From Eledone cirrhosa (taxonomy: Eukaryota), in NCBI GenBank assembly GCA_964016885.1, contig OZ024758.1, positions 38,254,001-38,318,000 on the forward strand: a stretch of DNA of 64,000 bases, in the 5' to 3' direction. The position numbers were made by a program, and so were the translations under genes. Below are positions 1 to 12,949 of this stretch, in pieces. Each line of letters starts with the position of its first letter. Position 1 is the stretch's first letter. The notes under the pieces were generated by a model that was given only the letters and a program-made list of their open reading frames with translations, had not been told where the DNA came from and ran no database searches.

Positions 1-1789
1 AATTCATTTAAGTTCATGGTATTAGCTGTCAGAAGTCACTCCAATGTTGGTGAGAATTCATTTAAGTTCATGGTATTAGCTGTCAGAAGTAACTCCACTG
101 TTGGTGAGAATTCATTTAAGTTCATGGTATTAGCTGTCAGAAGTAACTCCACTGTTGGTGAGAATTCATTTAATTCATGGTATTAGCTGTCAGAAATAAC
201 TCCATTGTTGGTGAGAATTCATTTAAGTCATGGTACTAGCTGTCAGAAGTAACTCCAATGTTGGTGAGAATTCATTTAAGTCATGGTACTAGCTGTCAGA
301 AGTAACTCCAATGTTGGTGAGAATTCATTTAAGTTCATGGTATTAGCTGTCAGAAGGAACTCCACTGTTGGTGAGAATTCATTTAAGTTCATGGTATTAG
401 CTGTCAGAAGTAACTCCACTGTTGGTGAGAATTCATTTAAGTTCATGGTATTAGCAGTCAGAAGTAACTCCACTGTTGGTGAGAATTCATTTAAGTTCAT
501 GGTACTAGCTGTCAGAAGTAACTCCAATGTTGGTGAGAATTCATTTAAGTTCATGGTATTAGCTGTCAGAAGTAACTCCACTGTTGGTGAGAATTCATTT
601 AAGTCATGGTATTAGCTGTCAGAAGTAACTCCAATGTTGGTGAGAATTCATTTAAGTTCATGGTATTAGCTGTCAGAAGTAACTCCACTGTTGGTGAGAA
701 TTCATTTAAGTTCATGGTACTAGCTGTCAGAAGTAACTCCACTGTTGGTGAGAATTCATTTAAGTTCATGGTATTAGTTTGTCAGAAGTAACTCCACTGT
801 TGGTGAGAATTCATTTAAGTCATGGTATTAGTGTCAGAAGTAACTCCAATGTTGGTGAGAATTCATTTAAGTTCATGGTACTAGCTGTCAGAAGTAACTC
901 CACTGTTGGTGAGAATTCATTTAAGTCATGGTATTAGCTGTCAGAAGTAACTCCAATGTTGGTGAGAATTCATTTAAGTCATGGTACTAGCTGTCAGAAG
1001 TAACTCCAATGTTGGTGAGAATTCATTTAAGTTCATGGTATTAGCTGTCAGAAGTAACTCCACTGTTGGTGAGAATTCATTTAAGTTCATGGTATTAGCT
1101 GTCAGAAGTAACTCCACTGTTGGTGAGAATTCATTTAAGTTCATGGTATTAGCTGTCAGAAGTAACTCCACTGTTGGTGAGAATTCATTTAAGTTCATGG
1201 TATTAGCTGTCAGAAGGAACTCCAATGTTGGTGAGAATTCATTTAAGTCATGGTACTAGCTGTCAGAAGTAACTCCACTGTTGGTGAGAATTAATTTAAG
1301 TTCATGGTATTAGCTGTCAGAAGGAACGCCACTGTTGGTGAGAATTCATTTAAGTTCACGGTATTAGCTGTCAGAAGTAACTCCACTGTTGGTGAGAATT
1401 CATTTAAGTTCATGGTACTAGCTGTCAGATGTAACTCCAATGTTGGTGAAAATTCATTTAAGTTCATGGTATTAGCTGTCAGAAGGAACTCCACTGTTGC
1501 TGAGAATTCATTTAAGTTCATGGTATTAGCTGTCAGAAGTAACTCCACTGTTGGTGAGAATTCATTTAAGTTCATGGTACTAGCTGTCAGAAGTAACTCC
1601 ACTGTTGGTGAGAATTCATTTAAGTTCATGGTATTAGCTGTCAGAAGTCACTCCAATGTTGGTGAGAATTCATTTAAGTTCATGGTATTAGCTGTCAGAA
1701 GTCACTCCACTGTTGGTGAGAATTCATTTAAGTTGATGGTACTAGCTGTCAGAAGTAACCCCAATGTTGGTGAGAATTCATTTAAGTTC

Positions 1790-4700
1790 ATGGTATTAGC
1801 TGTCAGAAGTCACTCCAATGTTGGTGAGAATTCATTTAAGTTCATGGTATTAGCTGTCAGAAGTTACTCCACTGTTGGTGAGAATTCATTTAAGTTCATG
1901 GTATTAGTTTGTCAGAAGTAACTCCACTGTTGGTGAGAATTCATTTAAGTCATGGTACTAGCTGTCAGAAGTAACTCCAATGTTGGTGAGAATTCATTTA
2001 AGTCATGGTATTAGCTGTCAGAAGTAACTCCAATGTTGGTGAGAATTCATTTAAGTTCATGGTATTAGCTGTCAGAAGTAACTCCACTGTTGGTGAGAAT
2101 TCATTTAAGTTCATGGTATTAGCTGTCAGAAGTAACTCCACTGTTGGTGAGAATTCATTTAAGTTGATGGTACTAGCTGTCAGAAGTAACTCCACTGTTG
2201 GTGAGAATTCATTTAAGTTCATGGTATTAGTTTGTCAGAAGTAACTCCACTGTTGGTGAGAATTCATTTAAGTCATGGTATTAGTTGTCAGAAGTAACTC
2301 CAATGTTGGTGAGAATTCATTTAAGTTCATGGTATTAGCTGTCAGAAGGAACTCCACTGTTGGTGAGAATTCATTTAAGTACATGGTATTAGCTGTCAGA
2401 AGGAACTCCAATGTTGGTGAGAATTCATTTAAGTCATGGTACTAGCTGTCAGAAGTAACTCCACTGTTGGTGAGAATTCATTTAAGTTCATGGTATTAGC
2501 TGTCAGAAGGAACGCCACTGTTGGTGAGAATTCATTTAAGTTCATGGTATTAGCTGTCAGAAATAACTCCACTGTTGGTGAGAATTCATTTACGTTCATG
2601 GTACTAGCTGTCAGAAGAAACTCCAATGTTGGTGAGAATTCATTTAAGTTCATGGTACTAGCTGTCAGAAGTAACTCCACTGTTGGTGAGAATTCATTTA
2701 AGTTCATGGTATTAGTTTGTCAGAAGTAACTCTACTGTTGGTGAGAATTCATTTAAGTCATGGTATTAGTTGTCAGAAGTAACTCCAATGTTGGTGAGAA
2801 TTCATTTAAGTTCATGGTACTAGCTGTCAGAAGTAACTCCACTGTTGGTGAGAATTCATTTAAGTTCATGGTATTAGCTGTCAGAGGTAACTCCACTGTT
2901 GGTGAGAATTCATTTAAGTCATGGTATTAGCTGTCAGAAGTAACTCCAATGTTGGTGAGAATTCATTTAAGTCATGGTACTAGCTGTCAGAAGTAACTCC
3001 AATGTTGGTGAGAATTCATTTAAATACATGGTATTAGCTATCAGAAGTAACTCCACTGTTGGTGAGAATTCATTTAAGTTCATGGTATTAGCTGTCAGAA
3101 GTAACTCCACTGTTGGTGAGAATTCATTTAAGTCATGGTATTAGCTGTCAGAAGTAACTCCAATGTTGGTGAGAATTCATTTAAGTTCATGGTATTAGCT
3201 GTCAGAAGTCACTCCACTGTTGGTGAGAACTCATTTAAGTTCATGGTACTAGCTGTCAGAAGTAACACCAATGTTGGTGAGAATTCATTTAAGTTCATGG
3301 TATTAGCTGTCAGAAGTCACTCCAATGTTGGTGAGAATTCATTTAAGTTCATGGTATTAGCTGTCAGAAGTAACTCCACTGTTGGTGAGAATTCATTTAA
3401 GTTCATGGTATTAGCTGTCAGAAGGAACTCCAATGTTGGTGAGAATTCATTTAAGTCATGGTACTAGCTGTCAGAAGTAACTCCACTGTTGGTGAGAATT
3501 AATTTAAGTTCATGGTATTAGCTGTCAGAAGGAACGCCACTGTTGGTGAGAATTCATTTAAGTTCATGGTATTAGCAGTCAGAAGTAACTCCACTGTTGG
3601 TGAGAATTCATTTAAGTTCATGGTACTAGCTGTCAGAAGTAACTCCAATGTTGGTGAGAATTCATTTAAGTTCATGGTACTAGCTGTCAGAAGTAACTCC
3701 ACTGTTGGTGAGAATTAATTTAAGTTCATGGTATTAGCTGTCAGAAGGAACGCCACTGTTGGTGAGCATTCATTTAAGTTCATGGTATTAGCTGTCAGAA
3801 GGAACTCCACTGTTGCTGAGAATTCATTTAAGTTCATGGTATTAGCTGTCAGAAGTAACTCCACTGTTGGTGAGAATTCATTTAAGTTCATGGTACTAGC
3901 TGTCAGAAGTAACTCCACTGTTGGTGAGAATTCATTTAAGTTCATGGTATTAGCTGTCAGAAGTCACTCCAATGTTGGTGAGAATTCATTTAAGTTCATG
4001 GTATTAGCTGTCAGAAGTCACTCCACTGTTGGTGAGAATTCATTTAAGTTCATGGTACTAGCTGTCAGAAGTTACCCCACTGTTGGTGAGAATTCATTTA
4101 AGTTCATGGTATTAGTTTGTCAGAAGTAACTCCACTGTTGGTGAGAATTCATTTAAGTCATGGTACTAGCTGTCAGAAGTAACTCCAATGTTGGTGAGAA
4201 TTCATTTAAGTCATGGTATTAGCTGTCAGAAGTAACTCCAATGTTGGTGAGAATTCATTTAAGTTCATGGTATTAGCTGTCAGAAGTAACTCCACTGTTG
4301 GTGAGAATTCATTTAAGTTCATGGTATTAGCTGTCAGAAGTAACTCCACTGTTGGTGAGAATTCATTTAAGTTGATGGTACTAGCTGTCAGAAGTAACTC
4401 CACTGTTGGTGAGAATTCATTTAAGTTCATGGTATTAGTTTGTCAGAAGTAACTCCACTGTTGGTGAGAATTCATTTAAGTCATGGTATTAGTTGTCAGA
4501 AGTAACTCCAATGTTGGTGAGAATTCATTTAAGTTCATGGTATTAGCTGTCAGAAGGAACTCCACTGTTGGTGAGAATTCATTTAAGTTCATGGTATTAG
4601 CTGTCAGAAGGAACTCCAATGTTGGTGAGAATTCATTTAAGTCATGGTACTAGCTGTCAGAAGTAACTCCACTGTTGGTGAGAATTCATTTAAGTTCATG

Positions 4701-5160
4701 GTATTAGCTGTCAGAAGGAACGCCACTGTTGGTGAGAATTCATTTAAGTTCATGGTATTAGCTGTCAGAAGTAACTCCACTGTTGGTGAGAATTCATTTA
4801 AGTTCATGGTACTAGCTGTCAGAAGAAACTCCAATGTTGGTGAGAATTCATTTAAGTTCATGGTACTAGCTGTCAGAAGTAACTCCACTGTTGGTGAGAA
4901 TTCATTTAAGTTCATGGTATTAGTTTGTCAGAAGTAACTCTACTGTTGGTGAGAATTCATTTAAGTCATGGTATTAGTTGTCAGAAGTAACTCCAATGTT
5001 GGTGAGAATTCATTTAAGTTCATGGTACTAGCTGTCAGAAGTAACTCCACTGTTGGTGAGAATTCATTTAAGTTCATGGTATTAGCTGTCAGAGGTAACT
5101 CCACTGTTGGTGAGAATTCATTTAAGTCATGGTATTAGCTGTCAGAAGTAACTCCAATGT
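1790..5160 (+). repeat. Higher-order duplication, offset 2208 bp (~41 monomers)
   Basis: Rare variants recur 2208 bp apart: AAGTTAC (~1861/~4069), CTCTACT (~2730/~4938) and GAGGTAAC (~2884/~5092). ORF pairs 2005/4213 and 2436/4644 show the same offset. Confidence 0.8.
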
Positions 5161-8100
5161 TTGTGAGAATTCATTTAAGTTCATGGTATTAGCTGTCAGA
5201 AGTCACTCCACTGTTGGTGAGAACTCATTTAAGTTCATGGTACTAGCTGTCAGAAGTAACACCAATGTTGGTGAGAATTCATTTAAGTTCATGGTATTAG
5301 CTGTCAGAAGTCACTCCAATGTTGGTGAGAATTCATTTAAGTTCATGGTATTAGCTGTCAGAAGTAACTCCACTGTTGGTGAGAATTCATTTAAGTTCAT
5401 GGTATTAACTGTCAGAAGTAACTCCACTGTTGGTGAGAATTCATTTAAGTTCATGGTATTAGCTGTCAGAAGTAACTCCACTGTTGGTGAGAATTCATTT
5501 AAGTTCATGGTATTAGCTCTCAGAAGGAACTCCAATGTTGGTGAGAATTCATTTAAGTCATGGTACTAGCTGTCAGAAGTAACTCCACTGTTGGTGAGAA
5601 TTAATTTAAGTTCATGGTATTAGCTGTCAGAAGGAACGCCACTGTTGGTGAGAATTCATTTAAGTTCATGGTATTAGCAGTCAGAAGTAACTCCACTGTT
5701 GGTGAGAATTCATTTAAGTTCATGGTACTAGCTGTCAGAAGTAACTCCAATGTTGGTGAGAATTCATTTAAGTTCATGGTATTAGCTGTCAGAAGGAACT
5801 CCACTGTTGCTGAGAATTCATTTAAGTTCATGGTATTAGCTGTCAGAAGTAACTCCACTGTTGGTGAGAATTCATTTAAGTTCATGGTACTAGCTGTCAG
5901 AAGTAACTCCACTGTTGGTGAGAATTCATTTAAGTTCATGGTATTAGCTGTCAGAAGTCACTCCAATGTTGGTGAGAATTCATTTAAGTTCATGATATTA
6001 GCTGTCAGAAGTCACTCCACTGTTGGTGAGAATTCATTTAAGTTCATGGTACTAGCTGTCAGAAGTAACCCCAATGTTGGTGAGAATTCATTTAAGTTCA
6101 TGGTATTAGCTGTCAGAAGTCACTCCAATGTTGGTGAGAATTCATTTAAGTTCATGGTATTAGCTGTCAGAAGTAACTCCACTGTTGGTGAGAATTCATT
6201 TAAGTTCATGGTATTAGTTTGTCAGAAGTAACTCCACTGTTGGTGAGAATTCATTTAAGTCATGGTACTAGCTGTCAGAAGTAACTCCAATGTTGGTGAG
6301 AATTCATTTAAGTCATGGTATTAGCTGTCAGAAGTAACTCCAATGTTGGTGAGAATTTATTTAAGTTCATGGTATTAGCTGTCAGAAGTAACTCCACTGT
6401 TGGTGAGAATTCATTTAAGTTCATGGTATTAGCTGTCAGAAGTAACTCCACTGTTGGTGAGAATTCATTTAAGTTGATGGTACTAGCTGTCAGAGGTAAC
6501 TCCACTGTTGGTGAGAATTCATTTAAGTTCATGGTATTAGTTTGTCAGAAGTAACTCCACTGTTGGTGAGAATTCATTTAAGTCATGGTATTAGTTGTCA
6601 GAAGTAACTCCAATGTTGGTGAGAATTCATTTAAGTTCATGGTATTAGCTGTCAGAAGTCACTCCACTGTTGGTGAGAACTCATTTAAGTTCATGGTACT
6701 AGCTGTCAGAAGTAACACCAATGTTGGTGAGAATTCATTTAAGTTCATGGTATTAGCTGTCAGAAGTCACTCCAATGTTGGTGAGAATTCATTTAATTTC
6801 ATGGTATTATCTGTCAGAAGTAACTCCACTGTTGGTGAGAATTCATTTAAGTTCATGGTATTAACTGTCAGAAGTAACTCCACTGTTGGTGAGAATTCAT
6901 TTAAGTTCATGGTATTAGCTTTCAGAAGTAACTCCACTGTTGGTGAGAATTCATTTAAGTTCATGGTATTAGCTGTCAGAAGGAACTCCAATGTTGGTGA
7001 GAATTCATTTAAGTCATGGTACTAGCTGTCAGAAGTAACTCCACTGTTGGTGAGAATTAATTTAAGTTCATGGTATTAGCTGTCAGAAGGAACGCCACTG
7101 TTGGTGAGAATTCATTTAAGTTCATGGTATTAGCAGTCAGAAGTAACTCCACTGTTGGTGAGAATTCATTTAAGTTCATGGTACTAGCTGTCAGAAGTAA
7201 CTCCACTGTTGGTGAGAATTCATTTAAGTCATGGTATTAGCTGTCAGAAGTAACTCCAATGTTGGTGAGAATTCATTTAAGTTCATGGTATTAGCTGTCA
7301 GAAGTAACTCCACTGTTGGTGAGAATTCATTTAAGTTCATGGTATTAGCTGTCAGAAGTAACTCCACTGTTGGTGAGAATTCATTTAAGTTGATGGTACT
7401 AGCTGTCAGAAGTAACTCCACTGTTGGTGAGAATTCATTTAAGTTCATGGTATTAGTTTGTCAGAAGTAACTCCACTGTTGGTGAGAATTCATTTAAGTC
7501 ATGGTATTAGTTGTCAGAAGTAACTCCAATGTTGGTGAGAATTCATTTAAGTTCATGGTATTAGCTGTCAGAAGGAACTCCACTGTTGGTGAGAATTCAT
7601 TTAAGTTCATGGTATTAGCTGTCAGAAGGAACTCCAATGTTGGTGAGAATTCATTTAAGTTCATGGTACTAGCTGTCAGAAGTAACCCCAATGTTGGTGA
7701 GAATTCATTTAAGTTCATGGTATTAGCTGTCAGAAGTCACTCCAATGTTGGTGAGAATTCATTTAAGTTCATGGTATTAGCTGTCAGAAGGAACGCCACT
7801 GTTGGTGAGAATTCATTTACGTTCATGGTATTAGCTGTCAGAAGTCACTCCACTGTTGGTGAGAATTCATTTAAGTTCATGGTACTAGCTGTCAGAAGAA
7901 ACTCCAATGTTGGTGAGAATTCATTTAAGTTCATGGTACTAGCTGTCAGAAGTAACTCCACTGTTGGTGAGAATTCATTTAAGTTCATGGTATTAGTTTG
8001 TCAGAAGTAACTCTACTGTTGGTGAGAATTCATTTAAGTCATGGTATTAGTTGTCAGAAGTAACTCCAATGTTGGTGAGAATTCATTTAAGTTCATGGTA

Positions 8101-11100
8101 CTAGCTGTCAGAAGTAACTCCACTGTTGGTGAGAATTCATTTAAGTTCATGGTATTAGCTGTCAGAGGTAACTCCACTGTTGGTGAGAATTCATTTAAGT
8201 CATGGTATTAGCTGTCAGAAGTAACTCCAATGTTTGTGAGAATTCATTTAAGTCATGGTACTAGCTGTCAGAAGTAACTCCAATGTTGGTGAGAATTCAT
8301 TTAAGTACATGGTATTAGCTATCAGAAGTAACTCCACTGTTGGTGAGAATTCATTTAAGTTCATGGTATTAGCTGTCAGAAGTAACTCCACTGTTGGTGA
8401 GAATTCATTTAAGTCATGGTATTAGCTGTCAGAAGTAACTCCAATGTTGGTGAGAATTCATTTAAGTTCATGGTATTAGCTGTCAGAAGTCACTCCACTG
8501 TTGGTGAGAACTCATTTAAGTTCATGGTACTAGCTGTCAGAAGTAACACCAATGTTGGTGAGAATTCATTTAAGTTCATGGTATTAGCTGTCAGAAGTCA
8601 CTCCAATGTTGGTGAGAATTCATTTAAGTTCATGGTATTAGCTGTCAGAAGTAACTCCACTGTTGGTGAGAATTCATTTAAGTTCATGGTATTAACTGTC
8701 AGAAGTAACTCCACTGTTGGTGAGAATTCATTTAAGTTCATGGTATTAGCTGTCAGAAGTAACTCCACTGTTGGTGAGAATTCATTTAAGTTCATGGTAT
8801 TAGCTGTCAGAAGGAACTCCAATGTTGGTGAGAATTCATTTAAGTCATGGTACTAGCTGTCAGAAGTAACTCCACTGTTGGTGAGAATTAATTTAAGTTC
8901 ATGGTATTAGCTGTCAGAAGGAACGCCACTGTTGGTGAGAATTCATTTAAGTTCATGGTATTAGCAGTCAGAAGTAACTCCACTGTTGGTGAGAATTCAT
9001 TTAAGTTCATGGTACTAGCTGTCAGAAGTAACTCCAATGTTGGTGAGAATTCATTTAAGTTCATGGTATTAGCTGTCAGAAGGAACTCCACTGTTGCTGA
9101 GAATTCATTTAAGTTCATGGTATTAGCTGTCAGAAGTAACTCCACTGTTGGTGAGAATTCATTTAAGTTCATGGTACTAGCTGTCAGAAGTAACTCCACT
9201 GTTTGTGAGAATTCATTTAAGTTCATGGTATTAGCTGTCAGAAGTCACTCCAATGTTGGTGAGAATTCATTTAAGTTCATGGTATTAGCTGTCAGAAGTC
9301 ACTCCACTGTTGGTGAGAATTCATTTAAGTTCATGGTACTAGCTGTCAGAAGTAACCCCAATGTTGGTGAGAATTCATTTAAGTTCATGGTATTAGCTGT
9401 CAGAAGTCACTCCAATGTTGGTGAGAATTCATTTAAGTTCATGGTATTAGCTGTCAGAAGTAACTCCACTGTTGGTGAGAATTCATTTAAGTTCATGGTA
9501 TTAGTTTGTCAGAAGTAACTCCACTGTTGGTGAGAATTCATTTAAGTCATGGTACTAGCTGTCAGAAGTAACTCCAATGTTGGTGAGAATTCATTTAAGT
9601 CATGGTATTAGCTGTCAGAAGTAACTCCAATGTTGGTGAGAATTCATTTAAGTTCATGGTATTAGCTGTCAGAAGTAACTCCACTGTTGGTGAGAATTCA
9701 TTTAAGTTCATGGTATTAGCTGTCAGAAGTAACTCCACCGTTGGTGAGAATTCATTTAAGTTCATGGTATTAGCAGTCAGAAGTAACTCCACTGTTGGTG
9801 AGAATTCATTTAAGTTCATGGTACTAGCTGTCAGAAGTAACTCCAATGTTGGTGAGAATTCATTTAAGTTCATGGTATTAGCTGTCAGAAGGAACTCCAC
9901 TGTTGCTGAGAATTCATTTAAGTTCATGGTATTAGCTGTCAGAAGTAACTCCACTGTTGGTGAGAATTCATTTAAGTTCATGGTATTAGTTTGTCAGAAG
10001 TAACTCCACTGTTGGTGAGAATTCATTTAAGTCATGGTATTAGTTGTCAGAAGTAACTCCAATGTTGGTGAGAATTCATTTAAGTTCATGGTATTAGCTG
10101 TCAGAAGTCACTCCACTGTTGGTGAGAACTCATTTAAGTTCATGGTACTAGCTGTCAGAAGTAACACCAATGTTGGTGAGAATTCATTTAAGTTCATGGT
10201 ATTAGCTGTCAGAAGTCACTCCAATGTTGGTGAGAATTCATTTAAGTTCATGGTATTAGCTGTCAGAAGTAACTCCACTGTTGGTGAGAATTCATTTAAG
10301 TTCATGGTATTAACAGTCAGAAGTAACTCCACTGTTGGTGAGAATTCATTTAAGTTCATGGTATTAGCTGCAGAAGTAACTCCACTGTTGGTGAGAATTC
10401 ATTTAAGTTCATGGTATTAGCTGTCAGAAGGAACTCCAATGTTGGTGAGAATTCATTTAAGTCATGGTACTAGCTGTCAGAAGTAACTCCACTGTTGGTG
10501 AGAATTAATTTAAGTTCATGGTATTAGCTGTCAGAAGGAACGCCACTGTTGGTGAGAATTCATTTAAGTTCATGGTATTAGCAGTCAGAAGTAACTCCAC
10601 TGTTGGTGAGAATTCATTTAAGTTCATGGTACTAGCTGTCAGAAGTAACTCCAATGTTGGTGAGAATTCATTTAAGTTCATGGTATTAGCTGTCAGAAGG
10701 AACTCCACTGTTGCTGAGAATTCATTTAAGTTCATGGTATTAGCTGTCAGAAGTAACTCCACTGTTGGTGAGAATTCATTTAAGTTCATGGTACTAGCTG
10801 TCAGAAGTAACTCCACTGTTGGTGAGAATTCATTTAAGTTCATGGTATTAGCTGTCAGAAGTCACTCCAATGTTGGTGAGAATTCATTTAAGTTCATGGT
10901 ATTAGCTGTCAGAAGTCACTCCACTGTTGGTGAGAATTCATTTAAGTTCATGGTACTAGCTGTCAGAAGTAACCCCAATGTTGGTGAGAATTCATTTAAG
11001 TTCATGGTATTAGCTGTCAGAAGTAACTCCACTGTTGGTGAGAATTCATTTAAGTTCATGGTATTAGTTTGTCAGAAGTAACTCCACTGTTGGTGAGAAT

Positions 11101-12949
11101 TCATTTAAGTCATGGTACTAGCTGTCAGAAGTAACTCCAATGTTGGTGAGAATTCATTTAAGTCATGGTATTAGCTGTCAGAAGTAACTCCAATGTTAGT
11201 GAGAATTCATTTAAGTTCATGGTATTAGCTGTCAGAAGTAACTCCACTGTTGGTGAGAATTCATTTAAGTTCATGGTATTAGCTGTCAGAAGTAACTCCA
11301 CTGTTGGTGAGAATTCATTTAAGTTGATGGTACTAGCTGTCAGAAGTAACTCCACTGTTGGTGAGAATTCATTTAAGTTCATGGTATTAGTTTGTCAGAA
11401 GTAACTCCACTGTTGGTGAGAATTCATTTAAGTCATGGTATTAGTTGTCAGAAGTAACTCCAATGTTGGTGAGAATTCATTTAAGTTCATGGTATTAGCT
11501 GTCAGAAGGAACTCCACTGTTGGTGAGAATTCATTTAAGTTCATGGTATTAGCTGTCAGAAGGAACTCCAATGTTGGTGAGAATTCATTTAAGTTCATGG
11601 TACTAGCTGTCAGAAGTAACCCCAATGTTGGTGAGAATTCATTTAAGTTCATGGTATTAGTTGTCAGAAGTCACTCCAATGTTGGTGAGAATTCATTTAA
11701 GTTCATGGTATTAGCTGTCAGAAGGAACGCCACTGTTGGTGAGAATTCATTTAAGTTCATGGTATTAGCTGTCAGAAGTCACTCCACTGTTGGTGAGAAT
11801 TCATTTAAGTTCATGGTACTAGCTGTCAGAAGTAACCCCAATGTTGGTGAGAATTCATTTAAGTTCATGGTATTAGCTCTCAGAAGTCACTCCAATGTTG
11901 GTGAGAAATCATTTAAGTTCATGGTATTAGCTGTCAGAAGTAACTCCACTGTTGGTGAGAATTAATTTAAGTTCATGGTATTAGTTTGTCAGAAGTAACT
12001 CCACTGTTGGTGAGAATTCATTTAAGTCATGGTACTAGCTGTCAGAAGTAACTCCAATGTTGGTGAGAATTCATTTAAGTCATGGTATTAGCTGTCAGAA
12101 GTAACTCCAATGTTGGTGAGAATTCATTTAAGTTCATGGTATTAGCTGTCAGAAGTAACTCCACTGTTGGTGAGAATTCATTTAAGTTCATGGTATTAGC
12201 TGTCAGAAGTAACTCCACTGTTGGTGAGAATTCATTTAAGTTGATGGTACTAGCTGTCAGAAGTAACTCCACTGTTGGTGAGAATTCATTTAAGTTCATG
12301 GTATTAGTTTGTCAGAAGTAACTCCACTGTTGGTGAGAATTCATTTAAGTCATGGTATTAGTTGTCAGAAGTAACTCCAATGTTGGTGAGAATTCATTTA
12401 AGTTCATGGTATTAGCTGTCAGAAGTCACTCCACTGTTGGTGAGAACTCATTTAAGTTCATGGTACTAGCTGTCAGAAGTAACACCAATGTTGGTGAGAA
12501 TTCATTTAAGTTCATGGTATTAGCTGTCAGAAGTCACTCCAATGTTGGTGAGAATTCATTTAAGTTCATGGTATTAGCTGTCAGAAGTAACTCCACTGTT
12601 GGTGAGAATTCATTTAAGTTCATGGTATTAACTGTCAGAAGTAACTCCACTGTTGGTGAGAATTCATTTAAGTTCATGGTATTAGCTGTCAGAAGGAACT
12701 CCAATGTTGGTCAGAATTCATTTAAGTCATGGTACTAGCTGTCAGAAGTAACTCCACTGTTGGTGAGAATTAATTTAAGTTCATGGTATTAGCTGTCAGA
12801 AGGAACGCCACTGTTGGTGAGAATTCATTTAAGTTCATGGTATTAGCAGTCAGAAGTAACTCCACTGTTGGTGAGAATTCATTTAAGTTCATGGTACTAG
12901 CTGTCAGAAGTAACTCCAATGTTGGTGAGAATTCATTTAAGTTCATGGT

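Noticed and set aside
95-112. CENP-B box resemblance (GTTGG core)
   Set aside because: It lacks the essential TTCG and CGGG positions. The consensus has no CpG.
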